Part shown: positions 17,418-26,442 of the stretch, piece by piece
Layout: each line of letters starts with the position of its first letter
Numbering within the stretch: position 1 is the stretch's first letter
Translations under genes and position numbers: made by a program
Assembly: GCA_947630765.1 (NCBI GenBank)
Contig: CANRIX010000012.1
Location: 12,129 to 76,128 of the forward strand
Length of the DNA stretch: 64,000 nt
Source: an uncultured Clostridia bacterium
GTDB lineage: Bacteria > Bacillota > Clostridia > Oscillospirales > CAG-382
Direction: 5' to 3'
Notes under the pieces: model-generated
Told to the model about the DNA's origin: nothing
What the model saw: only the letters and a program-made list of their open reading frames with translations
Databases searched by the model: none

Positions 17418-17561
17418 ATGGAATTTCATCCGCAGTCCTTTTTGGATACGCTGCCCTATTTGGGGAAAGGAATGCTTGGGATCTTCCTGGTGATGGGGAT
17501 CCTGATCCTCGCCGTCTGCCTGCTCAACGCGGTCGGCGGTCACAAAGGGAAAAAACCGTGA
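17418..17561 (+). CDS. Small OadG-like (decarboxylase gamma-type) single-TM protein
   Basis: 47-aa ORF not in the supplied track: MEFHPQSFLDTLPYLGKGMLGIFLVMGILILAVCLLNAVGGHKGKKP. ATG lies 8 nt after AAGGAGG and 13 nt after the OadB stop. It has an OadG-like GxGMxxxF TM helix and a basic tail. Confidence 0.55.
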   Translation: MEFHPQSFLDTLPYLGKGMLGIFLVMGILILAVCLLNAVGGHKGKKP

Positions 17562-17578
17562 AAATTTGAAAGCCGAAC

Positions 17579-17614
17579 GGCGGGGAGAACGATCTGTTTT
17601 CCCCGCCTTTTTTT
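17579..17614 (+). terminator. Rho-independent terminator after the OadB/OadG-like pair
   Basis: GGCGGGGA (17579-17586) pairs with TCCCCGCC (17600-17607), followed by TTTTTTT (17608-17614). Confidence 0.85.
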
Positions 17615-17830
17615 GCGGAATCCGCCGAAGCGGATTGATAAATATGCCGAAATGCCGAACGCCTGCGGAAGCGGCGCGAAGGCGCCCGCCGCCGGAAACG
17701 GAAGGGGACCGTCCGCATGAGGGGGAATTTTGCATGGAATTCGCATAGAAAACTCGATGGGGGAGACGATTTAACGTCAGATTGCACAATGTGAAAAGGA
17801 AAAATTTTCTATATTTTGTTTGTCAAAGTC

Positions 17831-17859
17831 TTGACTTTCTTTTGTCATTTTTGTATAAT
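17831..17859 (+). promoter_or_regulatory. Sigma-A-type promoter of the giant S8 protease gene
   Basis: TTGACT (17831-17836), 17 nt, TATAAT (17854-17859), inside a locally AT-rich stretch (about 17790-17900). This implies a leader of roughly 195 nt before the ATG at 18059. Confidence 0.65.
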
Positions 17860-18058
17860 GATTTTTAACATGGGGAGTAGTATTCCAAAAACTGCCTAAA
17901 CGCGGGCAGAGGATGCTGTTTTTCGGTGTAGGAAGGGTCTGGGCCGCCGGTTTCGGATCGAGGAGACGATGCGGGAGCGGCGGAACGGGAATTTTCCGGC
18001 GGGTGCTCCGCGATGCCTTGCGGAACGCCCGAAAAAAGTGTTGGAAAGGAAGGAATTT

Positions 18059-21000
18059 ATGAGCAAGTTCGGTACAAACAAGAGATGGATCGCATTGCTG
18101 CTGGCTGTCGTCATGCTGACGGGCATTCCGATCGCCACCGGCGCATTTTCCGTGAAAGCGGATGAATTCTTGCGGTTCACAGAAACTGACGTCTCGCCGG
18201 AGATCCATAAGGGCCTGGGCGATTTGCTGCCCGACGCCCCGCTTGCGCAGGAACCGGCGCCGGACGACGTGGTTCGTGTGTCCATCGTTCTGGAGGATGC
18301 ACCCACGCTGCAGAAAAAGTATTCCACCATCGGTATTGCGGCAAACGCAGAGGCAATGGCGTACAGCGATTCCCTGCGCGAGAAGCAGAATGCGGTGGAA
18401 AGCGTCATCGAGCGCGACGTCCTGCAGGGAAAACAGCTGGACGTGGTGTGGAATCTGACGCTCGCCGCCAACATCATCTCCGCAAACGTTGCATACGGGC
18501 GCGTTGACGCCATCAAATCCGTTTCCGGCGTCAAGGACGTCGTTTTGGAAAAGCAGTATGCGCCTGCGGTGGTAAATGATGAGCTGCCTGCCGACCCCAA
18601 CATGGGCACCTCCTCCGCTCAAATCGGTTCTCCTGCCGCTTGGGCCGGGAAGTTCTACGGTGCGGGAAGCAAAGTCGCGATCATCGACACGGGCATTGAT
18701 ACGAATCATCAGTCCTTCGACGAAGCGGCGTTCAATTACGCGCTCGAACAGCATGAAGTGACCGATACGCAAAAGGATTCCATGCTGACGGAGAAAGAGG
18801 TTCAGGAGCTTCTGAGCAAGCTGCATATCGCGGACCTCGCCGATCCGGACAAGATTTTCGTTTCCAATAAGATTCCGTTCGCATTCAACTATGTGGACGA
18901 AAACCACGATATTACGCACGACAATGACGAACAAGGCGAACACGGTTCCCACGTCAGCGGTATCGCTGCGGCAAACGCCTTTATCCCGCAGGGCGACGGT
19001 TTTGTTCCCGCGCTGGACGCGGTCAAGACGCAGGGCGTTGCGCCCGATGCGCAGATCCTGACTATGAAGGTGTTCGGTTCCAGCGGCGGCGCCTATGAAT
19101 CCGACTACATGGTCGCGATCGAGGACGCGATCCTGCTGGGTGCGGATTCCGTCAACCTGTCGCTGGGCTCCGCGGCGCCTGGTTTCGGCAACAGCGGCAT
19201 CTATGACGAAATCCTCAACGACCTGATGGTCAACAGCGACACGGTCGTTACCATGTCCGCCGGCAACAACGGCTACTGGGCGGAGAATTCCGAAGTCGGC
19301 GACCTGTTCGGCGACGACGTGAGCTTCCACACCGGCGGCTCGCCCGGAAGCTTTACGAATTCCCTCGCGGTCGCGTCCGTGGATAACGTCGGTCGTACCG
19401 ATTATTATGTCCGCGTGGGCGACAAAATGGTCTTCTATACCGATACCAACGCCAACTACGGGAAACCCGGTCTGGCTTCCATCGCCAGCGACGAGGCGTA
19501 CCCGTTTGTCTACCTCGACACGGTCGGTATTCATACGACGACGTTCCTCGGCACGATTACGGTGACGCTTGAGGATCAGCTTGAAGAGCTGGACGAGCAT
19601 CTGAAGGCGAACGGCGACGAAAACGGTCTGAAGGGCAAGGTCGTCCTTGTCAACCGCGGTATTTCGAGCTTCGCGCTCAAGTGCTCCGCCGCGGCGGAGC
19701 TCGGCGCGGCTGCCGTGATCATCGTCGACAATGCCCCGGGCAGCACCATCAACATGGATCTGACCGATTATACCGGCGAAGTGCCTGCCGTTGCCATTTC
19801 CATGGAGGACGGCGCCCTGTTCCGTGCCGGCGGCATTGCCGGAAAGGTTCCCGTTCAGTATGACAACGACGGCGAGAACAACCCGTGGGATGCGCCCTAC
19901 TACACCGGCGAATTCTACATTTCCGCGGAAGTCGGCTCCACCGACAGCGAAGCGGACCCGGACAATCGCTACACGATGTCCAGCTTCTCCTCCTGGGGCG
20001 TTCCCGGATCTCTGGTCATGAAGCCTGAGATCACCGCTCCCGGCGGAAACATCTATTCCGTCAACGGCGCGATCGAAAGCGGCGACGCTTACGAGAATAT
20101 GTCCGGCACCTCCATGGCGGCGCCGCAGGTGACCGGCATGGTTGCGGTCGTCGCGCAGTACATTCGCGAGAACGAGGCGAAGTTTGATCAGGTTGACTTC
20201 GACTATCGCCGCGCGCTCATCAACAGCCTGCTGATGTCCACGGCCAAGCCGGTCATCGCGGAGGACGGCAGTTACTACTCCATCCTCAGCCAGGGCGCCG
20301 GTCTTGCCAACGTCGGCGCGGCGATCCAGGCGCAGGCGGTCATTCAAATGGCGGAGAACGCCACGGCTTCCTATGCCGACGGCAAGGTCAAAGTCGAACT
20401 CGGCGACGACCCGAAGAAGGACGGCACCTACACGTATTCGTTCCTGATCACCAACGTGGGTGAAACGGATAATGAATACTTGCTTTCCACCGATCTGTTC
20501 ACGCAGGACCTGTACGAAGCGTATGGGTACACTTGGTTGGACACCGCGACCACGGAGCTGGGCGCATCGGTCAGCTACACGGTCCTCGCTGCTGATTTCA
20601 ATCGCGACGGCGTGACCGATTCGCGTGACGCGCAGGATATTCTTGATTATCTTTCCGACAGCGGCAAGATCGATCCTGAGACGGTCGATCCCGAAGCGGG
20701 CGATATGGACGGAGACGGCGAACTGACGACCTACGACGCGCATCTGATCCTTGCCGGGGCCGGCAAGACTGTCGATGCGGGCGCCGGTGATTCCATCGTC
20801 GTGGCCGCCGGCGAAACCGTCACGGTCAATGTTACCATCAACGTCAACAAGAGAGACCTTTCCGCTTACGAAAACGGCGCGTATGTCGAGGGTTACACCT
20901 TTGTGACGGCCGTTCCGAACGAAGAAGGCGTGCAGGATGTGGAGTACTCCATCCCGATCCTCGGGTTCTACGGGAATTGGAGCGAACCCTCCATGTTCGA

Positions 21001-24000
21001 CCGCACCAACTATCAGGAAACCGCGGATTACATCATTTACGGTCAGGACAGCGGGAATATCCCGTATAACAGCGATACGTCTATGTCCAACGTCCTGATC
21101 TATAAGGACAGCAACACCAAAGCCGAAGACGGAAAGCTCATCAACCCGTTCTATGCATACGGTCTCCCGGACCTCGGCGGTTTTGACTTCTACGATACCG
21201 ATGCGTCGCGCACCTCCATCAAGAGCAGCGACACGCTGGTCGGTTATGAATTCGCACTGATCCGCAACGCGTATGTGGCGGCCGTCATTGAAGATGCGGC
21301 GGGGAACGTCCTCGGTCTCACGGCTCCCACCGAGACAAACAGCGGATTCTACTACACCAACGGACAGGTTTGGCAGTCCCTCGTTTCCATGATGGGGATC
21401 AACCAGAAGGTTTCCGCGCTCGGACTTGACGAAGGCGACAGCTTCACCGTCAAGCTGGTTGCGCTGCCCGAATACTACTTCGGAAAAGCGCTTTCCGAGA
21501 GTGCGGAAGGCGAGCCGGTCAACACCGTTACTGCAAACGAGTTCCAGACCGTTTACAATACGGTCGAGATCGGAGATGGCGCGGTCCTTTCCACGACCAT
21601 GACCATTGACGATACCAAGCCGGAAATGCTTACGGCCCGCAGAAAGATGAGCGGCGAACTGGAGGTCACCCTGCAGGATAACCGTTATGTCGCGCACGTC
21701 AGCCTGAGAACGGCGGACGGCACCGGCTTCATCGACTGCGTTCTTCCCGAGCAAACCGCGCCGAACCAGGAATGCGTCGTCACCTTCCCGTGGCAAGAGG
21801 TCCAGACTCTTGTCAATGCGACTGAAGAAAACAAGGTCATGATCTATGTGGCCGACTACGCGGAGAACATTCACGCGTATATCATTGATCTGGCGACGGA
21901 AGAGGCCGAAGAAGCGGCTCCCACGGATATCGAACTTCCGGCGGAGGTCCACGTCTTTAACGGCGGCGTTTCCAGCGTCACGGCGACGATCCTCCCCTCG
22001 ATCATGACCGCGTCTGATTTGAACTGGTCGGTCGATAATCCCGAGGTCGCCGACGTGGACGAATTCGGAAACGTCACGGGTCTCAGCGTCGGCGAGGCGA
22101 CCCTCACCGCCGCTTCCAAGAAGGATCCTTCGATCAATGCGACCTCCAAGATCGTCGTCAAGGATGCGCCGAGCATTGATCTCGCAGGTATGGTCTTCAA
22201 CAAGGACAGCGAAACCTGGTGGAGCACCTTCAACCTGCAGGATCCCAGCCAATTCAAGCAAGTCGCGCAGGGTCCGGCGCTGTACGCGGGCGATTTCGCG
22301 CTTGGCTTCCAAACGATGTACGGGCATGACGGGACCAACGTCTGGAGAGTGGATATGAACACCTTCGAGTCGAAGTCGCTGTTTGCCATGAATCCGACAT
22401 ACCTGTTCCCGGACGCGGCTGTGAATAACTACTTTGCGGTGTATGGCGCGGGCGATTACGCGCTCCTTGCGCCGCAGGCGAACAGTGCGATCCTGATGAT
22501 CCTGCTGCCGGAAGCGGGCAATTTGTACACGGTCGATCTTTCGAGCGCGCTTCCCAGCAACATCTGCGCCATCGCGTTCAGCGGAATGGATGATTACAGT
22601 GAGCGCGACTACTACTACATGCTGCTGGAGAACGGCGACCTGTATCAGATTTATCTGTCCTCTGCCGGAAGCCTCGGCTACGGTCCGGTCGGCAACGTCG
22701 GCATGACCTTCGACGGCGCCGCCGCTGCGGACGGCACTTCGGTCACGTCCATGATGTACAGCTTCACCGCAAGAGAGTCGTTGTATCCGGACGGCATGAC
22801 CGAGCCGCTGCTCCTGACCCACTACAAGGAAGGGGACAGCACTGCGTATCTCTCCCTCATTGAAATCACCTTTGACGACATGGGCGATATCGCCTTCTGC
22901 GGAATCGCGGGTTCGATGCCCTTCGGCGACGCAGTCTGGCCGGTCAGCGCTCTGTACGATCCCGAGATGGTCGAGCCGGCTGACGAAGGCAACACCGTAC
23001 ACGCGCTTGCGGAGTACACGGTCGTCAACAACCTGTCCGACAAGATGTCGATGGTCGCCCCGGAAACCGAAAGCACTGCGCTCGGCGGAACGGGCAGCAC
23101 GTTCGTTCTGAATAAGAAGAACGGCGGCTCCGTCGCGCCCAATTCGATCGGCGTGGGCGGCAGCACGACCTACAACGTGGTGGATGTGGCGAACAACACC
23201 GTCACGATTGATATTTCTGCGGACGATTCTACGAACGGCCTGTTCAAGGTCGCCTGCCCTGCCGAACTGTCCCTGGTCAGTGTCGAGGGGTTGGTAGACT
23301 TCTATGCAAACGGCACTGCCGAGGATGGCTCCGTCGTCTTTGCATACGCCGACGCCGATTCTTTGACCTGCCCGGTCGCGAAACTGGTCTTCTCCTATGA
23401 GGAGGCGGACGAGTTGAAGCTGGTCGGGAAGACCGTCGATGTGACCACGGTCGAAGACGGCGAACCCGGCAAGGCGGAATCCGTCGAAACCATTCTGTTG
23501 ACCTTCGAGCCGGAGAGCTACGAGCTTTCTGTGCAGGTGGTTGACGGTTCTCACGATGCGCCGAATACCATCACCGAGGGCGAGGAAGCTTCCTTCACGA
23601 TCAAACCGAACGAAGGGTACAAACTGCCTGAGAGCGTCACCGTCACCATGAACGGTGAGGCGATGGATTCTGCGAACTACACCTACGATCCCGAAACCGG
23701 AGCTGTGACGCTGCAGAGCGACTACATCACCGGGCCGATCGTCGTCACGGCGTCCTGCGTCTACGTTCCGAAGGAATTCACGACCGACGCAGATGTGGAT
23801 AACGGCAGCACGACGATCCCGGAAACGGTGACCGAAGGCGAAGATGTTTCCTTCACGGTCAAACCGTCTGAAGGTTACAAGCTGCCTGAAAGCATCACGG
23901 TCAAGGTGAACGGCGTCGCTCTTGCGGCAGGTGACTACACCTACAACGCAGAGACCGGCGAAGTGGTGATTCCGGGCGACAAGGTGACTGGTCCGATCTC

Positions 24001-24319
24001 GGTTGAGGTCGCGTTTGTGGCTGCCGATGCCCCCGGAGACGAACCTTCTGAAGGCGACACTTCCTCCGGAGATACTCCCTCTGGTGGCGATACCTCCTCT
24101 GGTGACGACACCTCGAGCACGACGCCCGGAACTTCCTCCGGCGACGAAACTTCAAGCACGGCGCCCGGAACCTCTTCCGGCGACGAATCCACCAGCCCGA
24201 CCACGGGCGACGACGCGAGCATCCTGTTCTTCGCAATCATGGGTGTTCTGGCGCTGGTCGGCGCGATCTCGGCGGTGCGCCTGCGCAGATTTTCCCTTGA
24301 TGAAAAGCGTGGTCACTAA
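18059..24319 (+). CDS. Cell-surface subtilisin-like (S8, lactocepin/C5a-peptidase-type) protease with PA, dockerin-like, Big_2 and cohesin-like modules and a C-terminal SPxTG sorting signal
   Basis: 2086 aa from the ATG at 18059 (RBS GGAAAGGAAGG), with signal peptide MSKFGTNKRWIALLLAVVMLTGIPIATGAFSVKA. Catalytic triad contexts: VAIIDTGID, EHGSHVSGIAA, MSGTSMAAPQVTG. PA insert: GKVVLVNRGISSF..AAVIIVDN. The ORF-track start at 17969 adds 30 non-signal residues. Confidence 0.92.
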   Translation: MSKFGTNKRWIALLLAVVMLTGIPIATGAFSVKADEFLRFTETDVSPEIHKGLGDLLPDAPLAQEPAPDDVVRVSIVLEDAPTLQKKYSTIGIAANAEAMAYSDSLREKQNAVESVIERDVLQGKQLDVVWNLTLAANIISANVAYGRVDAIKSVSGVKDVVLEKQYAPAVVNDELPADPNMGTSSAQIGSPAAWAGKFYGAGSKVAIIDTGIDTNHQSFDEAAFNYALEQHEVTDTQKDSMLTEKEVQELLSKLHIADLADPDKIFVSNKIPFAFNYVDENHDITHDNDEQGEHGSHVSGIAAANAFIPQGDGFVPALDAVKTQGVAPDAQILTMKVFGSSGGAYESDYMVAIEDAILLGADSVNLSLGSAAPGFGNSGIYDEILNDLMVNSDTVVTMSAGNNGYWAENSEVGDLFGDDVSFHTGGSPGSFTNSLAVASVDNVGRTDYYVRVGDKMVFYTDTNANYGKPGLASIASDEAYPFVYLDTVGIHTTTFLGTITVTLEDQLEELDEHLKANGDENGLKGKVVLVNRGISSFALKCSAAAELGAAAVIIVDNAPGSTINMDLTDYTGEVPAVAISMEDGALFRAGGIAGKVPVQYDNDGENNPWDAPYYTGEFYISAEVGSTDSEADPDNRYTMSSFSSWGVPGSLVMKPEITAPGGNIYSVNGAIESGDAYENMSGTSMAAPQVTGMVAVVAQYIRENEAKFDQVDFDYRRALINSLLMSTAKPVIAEDGSYYSILSQGAGLANVGAAIQAQAVIQMAENATASYADGKVKVELGDDPKKDGTYTYSFLITNVGETDNEYLLSTDLFTQDLYEAYGYTWLDTATTELGASVSYTVLAADFNRDGVTDSRDAQDILDYLSDSGKIDPETVDPEAGDMDGDGELTTYDAHLILAGAGKTVDAGAGDSIVVAAGETVTVNVTINVNKRDLSAYENGAYVEGYTFVTAVPNEEGVQDVEYSIPILGFYGNWSEPSMFDRTNYQETADYIIYGQDSGNIPYNSDTSMSNVLIYKDSNTKAEDGKLINPFYAYGLPDLGGFDFYDTDASRTSIKSSDTLVGYEFALIRNAYVAAVIEDAAGNVLGLTAPTETNSGFYYTNGQVWQSLVSMMGINQKVSALGLDEGDSFTVKLVALPEYYFGKALSESAEGEPVNTVTANEFQTVYNTVEIGDGAVLSTTMTIDDTKPEMLTARRKMSGELEVTLQDNRYVAHVSLRTADGTGFIDCVLPEQTAPNQECVVTFPWQEVQTLVNATEENKVMIYVADYAENIHAYIIDLATEEAEEAAPTDIELPAEVHVFNGGVSSVTATILPSIMTASDLNWSVDNPEVADVDEFGNVTGLSVGEATLTAASKKDPSINATSKIVVKDAPSIDLAGMVFNKDSETWWSTFNLQDPSQFKQVAQGPALYAGDFALGFQTMYGHDGTNVWRVDMNTFESKSLFAMNPTYLFPDAAVNNYFAVYGAGDYALLAPQANSAILMILLPEAGNLYTVDLSSALPSNICAIAFSGMDDYSERDYYYMLLENGDLYQIYLSSAGSLGYGPVGNVGMTFDGAAAADGTSVTSMMYSFTARESLYPDGMTEPLLLTHYKEGDSTAYLSLIEITFDDMGDIAFCGIAGSMPFGDAVWPVSALYDPEMVEPADEGNTVHALAEYTVVNNLSDKMSMVAPETESTALGGTGSTFVLNKKNGGSVAPNSIGVGGSTTYNVVDVANNTVTIDISADDSTNGLFKVACPAELSLVSVEGLVDFYANGTAEDGSVVFAYADADSLTCPVAKLVFSYEEADELKLVGKTVDVTTVEDGEPGKAESVETILLTFEPESYELSVQVVDGSHDAPNTITEGEEASFTIKPNEGYKLPESVTVTMNGEAMDSANYTYDPETGAVTLQSDYITGPIVVTASCVYVPKEFTTDADVDNGSTTIPETVTEGEDVSFTVKPSEGYKLPESITVKVNGVALAAGDYTYNAETGEVVIPGDKVTGPISVEVAFVAADAPGDEPSEGDTSSGDTPSGGDTSSGDDTSSTTPGTSSGDETSSTAPGTSSGDESTSPTTGDDASILFFAIMGVLALVGAISAVRLRRFSLDEKRGH
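20594..20758 (+). other. Internal dockerin-like (duplicated EF-hand-type Ca-binding) module of the S8 protease
   Basis: DFNRDGVTDSRDAQDILDYL ... DMDGDGELTTYDAHLILAG: two D-x-[ND]-x-D-G-x-x-x-x-x-D loops, each followed by a helix, about 35 aa apart. Confidence 0.6.
23168..23515 (+). other. Cohesin-like beta-sandwich module of the S8 protease (tentative)
   Basis: TYNVVDVANNTVTIDISADDSTNGLFKVACPAELSLVSVEG..GSVVFAYADADSL..VAKLVFSYE follows the cohesin pattern (selected strand, x-x-[FV]-x-[YC]-[DP]-x-x-[VL]-x-[LV], later G-x-[IV]-x-F.. and [IV]A.[IL].F). The call is by eye only. Confidence 0.4.
23516..24019 (+). repeat. Two tandem ~84-aa repeat domains in the S8 protease C-terminal region
   Basis: R1 (23516-23773) and R2 (23774-24019) align throughout: T[IV]TEGE[ED].SFT[IV]KP[NS]EGYKLPES[VI]TV..NG.a....YTY[DN].ETG.V....D..TGPI.V. 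Confidence 0.8.
24194..24316 (+). other. Sortase-type cell-wall sorting signal with SPxTG motif
   Basis: SPTTG (24194-24208), then the hydrophobic stretch ASILFFAIMGVLALVGAISAV, then the basic tail RLRRFSLDEKRGH. It is preceded by a Ser/Thr/Gly/Asp-rich linker (24019-24193). Confidence 0.7.
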
Positions 24320-24423
24320 AGACCCGCAATAGGGGGAATCCCAAGCAAAACAAAATTGTCTGCGCGAGCGCCGCGTAGGTCGGGCAACTGAAAACGACCG
24401 ATAGGCGTTCGCAAGGACGGAAA

Positions 24424-24463
24424 AACAGCACGGAGAGCAGAAATGCTTTCTGTGCTGTTTTTT
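24424..24463 (+). terminator. Rho-independent terminator after the S8 protease gene
   Basis: AACAGCAC (24424-24431) pairs with GTGCTGTT (24452-24459), with additional inner pairing, followed by TTTT. Confidence 0.7.
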
Positions 24464-24696
24464 GTGGCCGCGCTTGCGGGGAGACGTGCTGCGCGGCAGG
24501 GTCGATGGGGGAAAGCCGTCGCCGGACGTGCCCGTTCTGCTTGACGAAACTGTGCGGAGCGACGTGTGGGAGACCACGTTTGCGGGCGAAGACCGTTTGT
24601 CGTGCGGCAAGGGCGAGCGGAAAGAATGCCACCGTCGGATTTTCCATTCCGACCGGCGAAGCTGTGCTGATGCCGCGTGTCAGCGACCACGACCGC

Positions 24697-24738
24697 GAAA
24701 AAAATACGGCGCGGTTACCGTATCGGTGCCGCGCCGTA
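24697..24738 (-). terminator. Rho-independent terminator (minus strand) after the second SBP-like gene
   Basis: TACGGCGCGG (24705-24714) pairs with CCGCGCCGTA (24729-24738). The plus-strand A-run at 24698-24704 reads as a T-run after the hairpin on the minus strand. Confidence 0.8.
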
Positions 24739-24757
24739 TCTCCTTATCGGGGATGGT

Positions 24758-26302
24758 TTATTTTTTATTTGTCTTAAACGTTTCGATCAGACTGTCCAGG
24801 GCCGTTTGCGCCGCGCTTTCCAGCGATTGATAGGCGGACGTGAATTGTCCGGGCGTCTGAGACGCGAGGCTGGTCAGCATCGTCGAAAGGTTGTTCGAGG
24901 CGTCGCCGAGCGTGTAGATGTGCGCAAGGTCGGTGCCGGTGGTGCTGAAGATGATGTCCAGCATCTCCTTATCCTCGTCCGTGTGGAGCTTTTGATACTG
25001 CAAAACCACGTCGTAGTAGGTCTTGGCGACGGTATCAACGGAGTAGCCGCCGAGCGCGTCGAGAATGACCTGCGCCTGGTAGGATCTCGTTTCGTCCAGT
25101 CCGGCGGGAATGCAGTAGGCGTTCGACGACCAAGCGCCGATCATCGTGTAGTACTGTCCCTGCTCCAAATCGTACATCGGGGCAGGCAGAAGACCGAACT
25201 CGCCCTCCATGTCGCCGAGTCGGAGCGCCGTTTCCGCGTTGCCGGAATAGAACAGGCACCGATTCGCCTTGAAGGCCTCCTCGAGCAGGATCATCGGCGT
25301 GGGGGATTCGCTGAAGAAGTCGTCGCCGAGCACGTATTCCGCGTCGTTCTGCATGAGGGAGATGATTTTATCGACGACGTTGGAGCTTCTCTGGTTGTAC
25401 ATCGAGAGGATCAACGTGTCCTGCTCGTCCGGGCGGACGATGCGTTCGCCGGAGGCGTAGAACAGGTTGTGCATATCGCCGTTTTGCCCGCTCCAGCCGT
25501 AGGAGTCGTGGTAGGTGATGATCCCGTCGCCGTCAAGGTCCTGGCTGAGCCCGACCTGCGAAATGATGGAAAGCACCTCGTCGAGGGTCCATTTCATATC
25601 CCGCACGGTCTGGTAGGGATACTCCAGGCCGTACTGGTCAAACAGCGTCTTGTTGAAGTAGATGCAGTTGGCGGCGTTCTTGGCGCGCAGGCCGATGTCG
25701 CCGGTCAGATAGTAGGTGCTGCCCCCGATGGAGGTGTCCTTGATGATGATCTGGTCCCACCACGGGTTGGAGACGTCGATTCCCTCGGCGCTGCTGAGGT
25801 CGAGCAGCAGCCCGTTCGCCGCCATCGTCCCCGCGTCGATCAGGCAGGGGTAGTAGATGTCGTAGTCGAACGTACCGGCGGCCGCAAATTGCTGGACGGC
25901 GGACAGAAAACTGCCGTTATACCGCTTCGGGTCGATCTCAATTTTTTCCTCGATCTTGACGCCATACGCGTCCTCGACCAGGCGGGTGCGGTTCACGATC
26001 TCGTCGCTGAGCACCTTGGGACAGGTTTCGTTATTCTCGTTATTGCCGATCTCGGTGACGTATGCGTCGTTGAAGGCTGCGGTAAAGACCTTGACGGTCT
26101 GCCCTTGAAACGCGTCCGTTTCGACGAGATGTCCTTCGGCTTCCGAGGGGGCTGCCCTGCTGACCGCGTCAGAGGATCCGCTGGCAGACGTATCGGCTTC
26201 GCCCGATTCTTCCGCGCAGCCTGCGCAGACCACGGCGCAGAGTAGCGAAAGCAGCAGGCAGAGCGCGACGGTCGCTTTGACATGCAAATGCAGGTGTTTC
26301 AT
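24758..26302 (-). CDS. Lipoprotein, extracellular solute-binding protein-like (ABC-type SBP, family 1-like), orphan
   Basis: 514 aa from the ATG at 26302. Lipoprotein signal MKHLHLHVKATVALCLLLSLLCAVVCAGC. SBP-like body (TVKVFTAAFND.., NPWWDQ, YYLTGD). The ORF-track entry to 26797 is a shadow extension. It has its own promoter and terminator. Confidence 0.6.
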   Translation of the reverse strand: MKHLHLHVKATVALCLLLSLLCAVVCAGCAEESGEADTSASGSSDAVSRAAPSEAEGHLVETDAFQGQTVKVFTAAFNDAYVTEIGNNENNETCPKVLSDEIVNRTRLVEDAYGVKIEEKIEIDPKRYNGSFLSAVQQFAAAGTFDYDIYYPCLIDAGTMAANGLLLDLSSAEGIDVSNPWWDQIIIKDTSIGGSTYYLTGDIGLRAKNAANCIYFNKTLFDQYGLEYPYQTVRDMKWTLDEVLSIISQVGLSQDLDGDGIITYHDSYGWSGQNGDMHNLFYASGERIVRPDEQDTLILSMYNQRSSNVVDKIISLMQNDAEYVLGDDFFSESPTPMILLEEAFKANRCLFYSGNAETALRLGDMEGEFGLLPAPMYDLEQGQYYTMIGAWSSNAYCIPAGLDETRSYQAQVILDALGGYSVDTVAKTYYDVVLQYQKLHTDEDKEMLDIIFSTTGTDLAHIYTLGDASNNLSTMLTSLASQTPGQFTSAYQSLESAAQTALDSLIETFKTNKK

Positions 26303-26337
26303 GGTCAAATGTTCCTTTCTGTTTTTCGTTTCACCAC

Positions 26338-26366
26338 AGTATACCATATTTCCTGCGGAAATGCAA
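26338..26366 (-). promoter_or_regulatory. Sigma-A-type promoter (minus strand) of the second SBP-like gene
   Basis: Read on the minus strand: TTGCAT (26366-26361), 17 nt, TATACT (26343-26338). Confidence 0.6.
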
Positions 26367-26377
26367 GGGCAAACGGC

Positions 26378-26425
26378 ACAAAAAATACAAAAGACCGGCG
26401 GTTCCACGTTTAGGTGGAGCCGCCG
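26378..26425 (-). terminator. Rho-independent terminator (minus strand) ending the murQ / GDPD / cohesin-dockerin unit
   Basis: On the minus strand, CGGCGGCTCCAC pairs with GTGGAACCGCCG (11 of 12 bp; plus coordinates 26396-26425), followed by GTCTTTTGTATTTTTT. Confidence 0.7.
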
Positions 26426-26442
26426 ATCTCGCAGGAAAGTAT

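Noticed and set aside
17777-23554. 1925-aa minus-strand ORF
   Set aside because: It is antisense to the S8 protease gene. It has low-complexity Arg/Asp/Gly/Val composition and no recognisable domain. The plus-strand frame carries the S8 catalytic triad and a signal peptide.
24019-24200. Short tandem-like DNA repeats (also 52048-52230), considered as a CRISPR or minisatellite
   Set aside because: The repeats are in frame and encode low-complexity protein linkers (Ser/Thr/Gly/Asp in the protease; Ala/Pro/Glu in IspH-S1). There is no repeat-spacer architecture and there are no cas genes.
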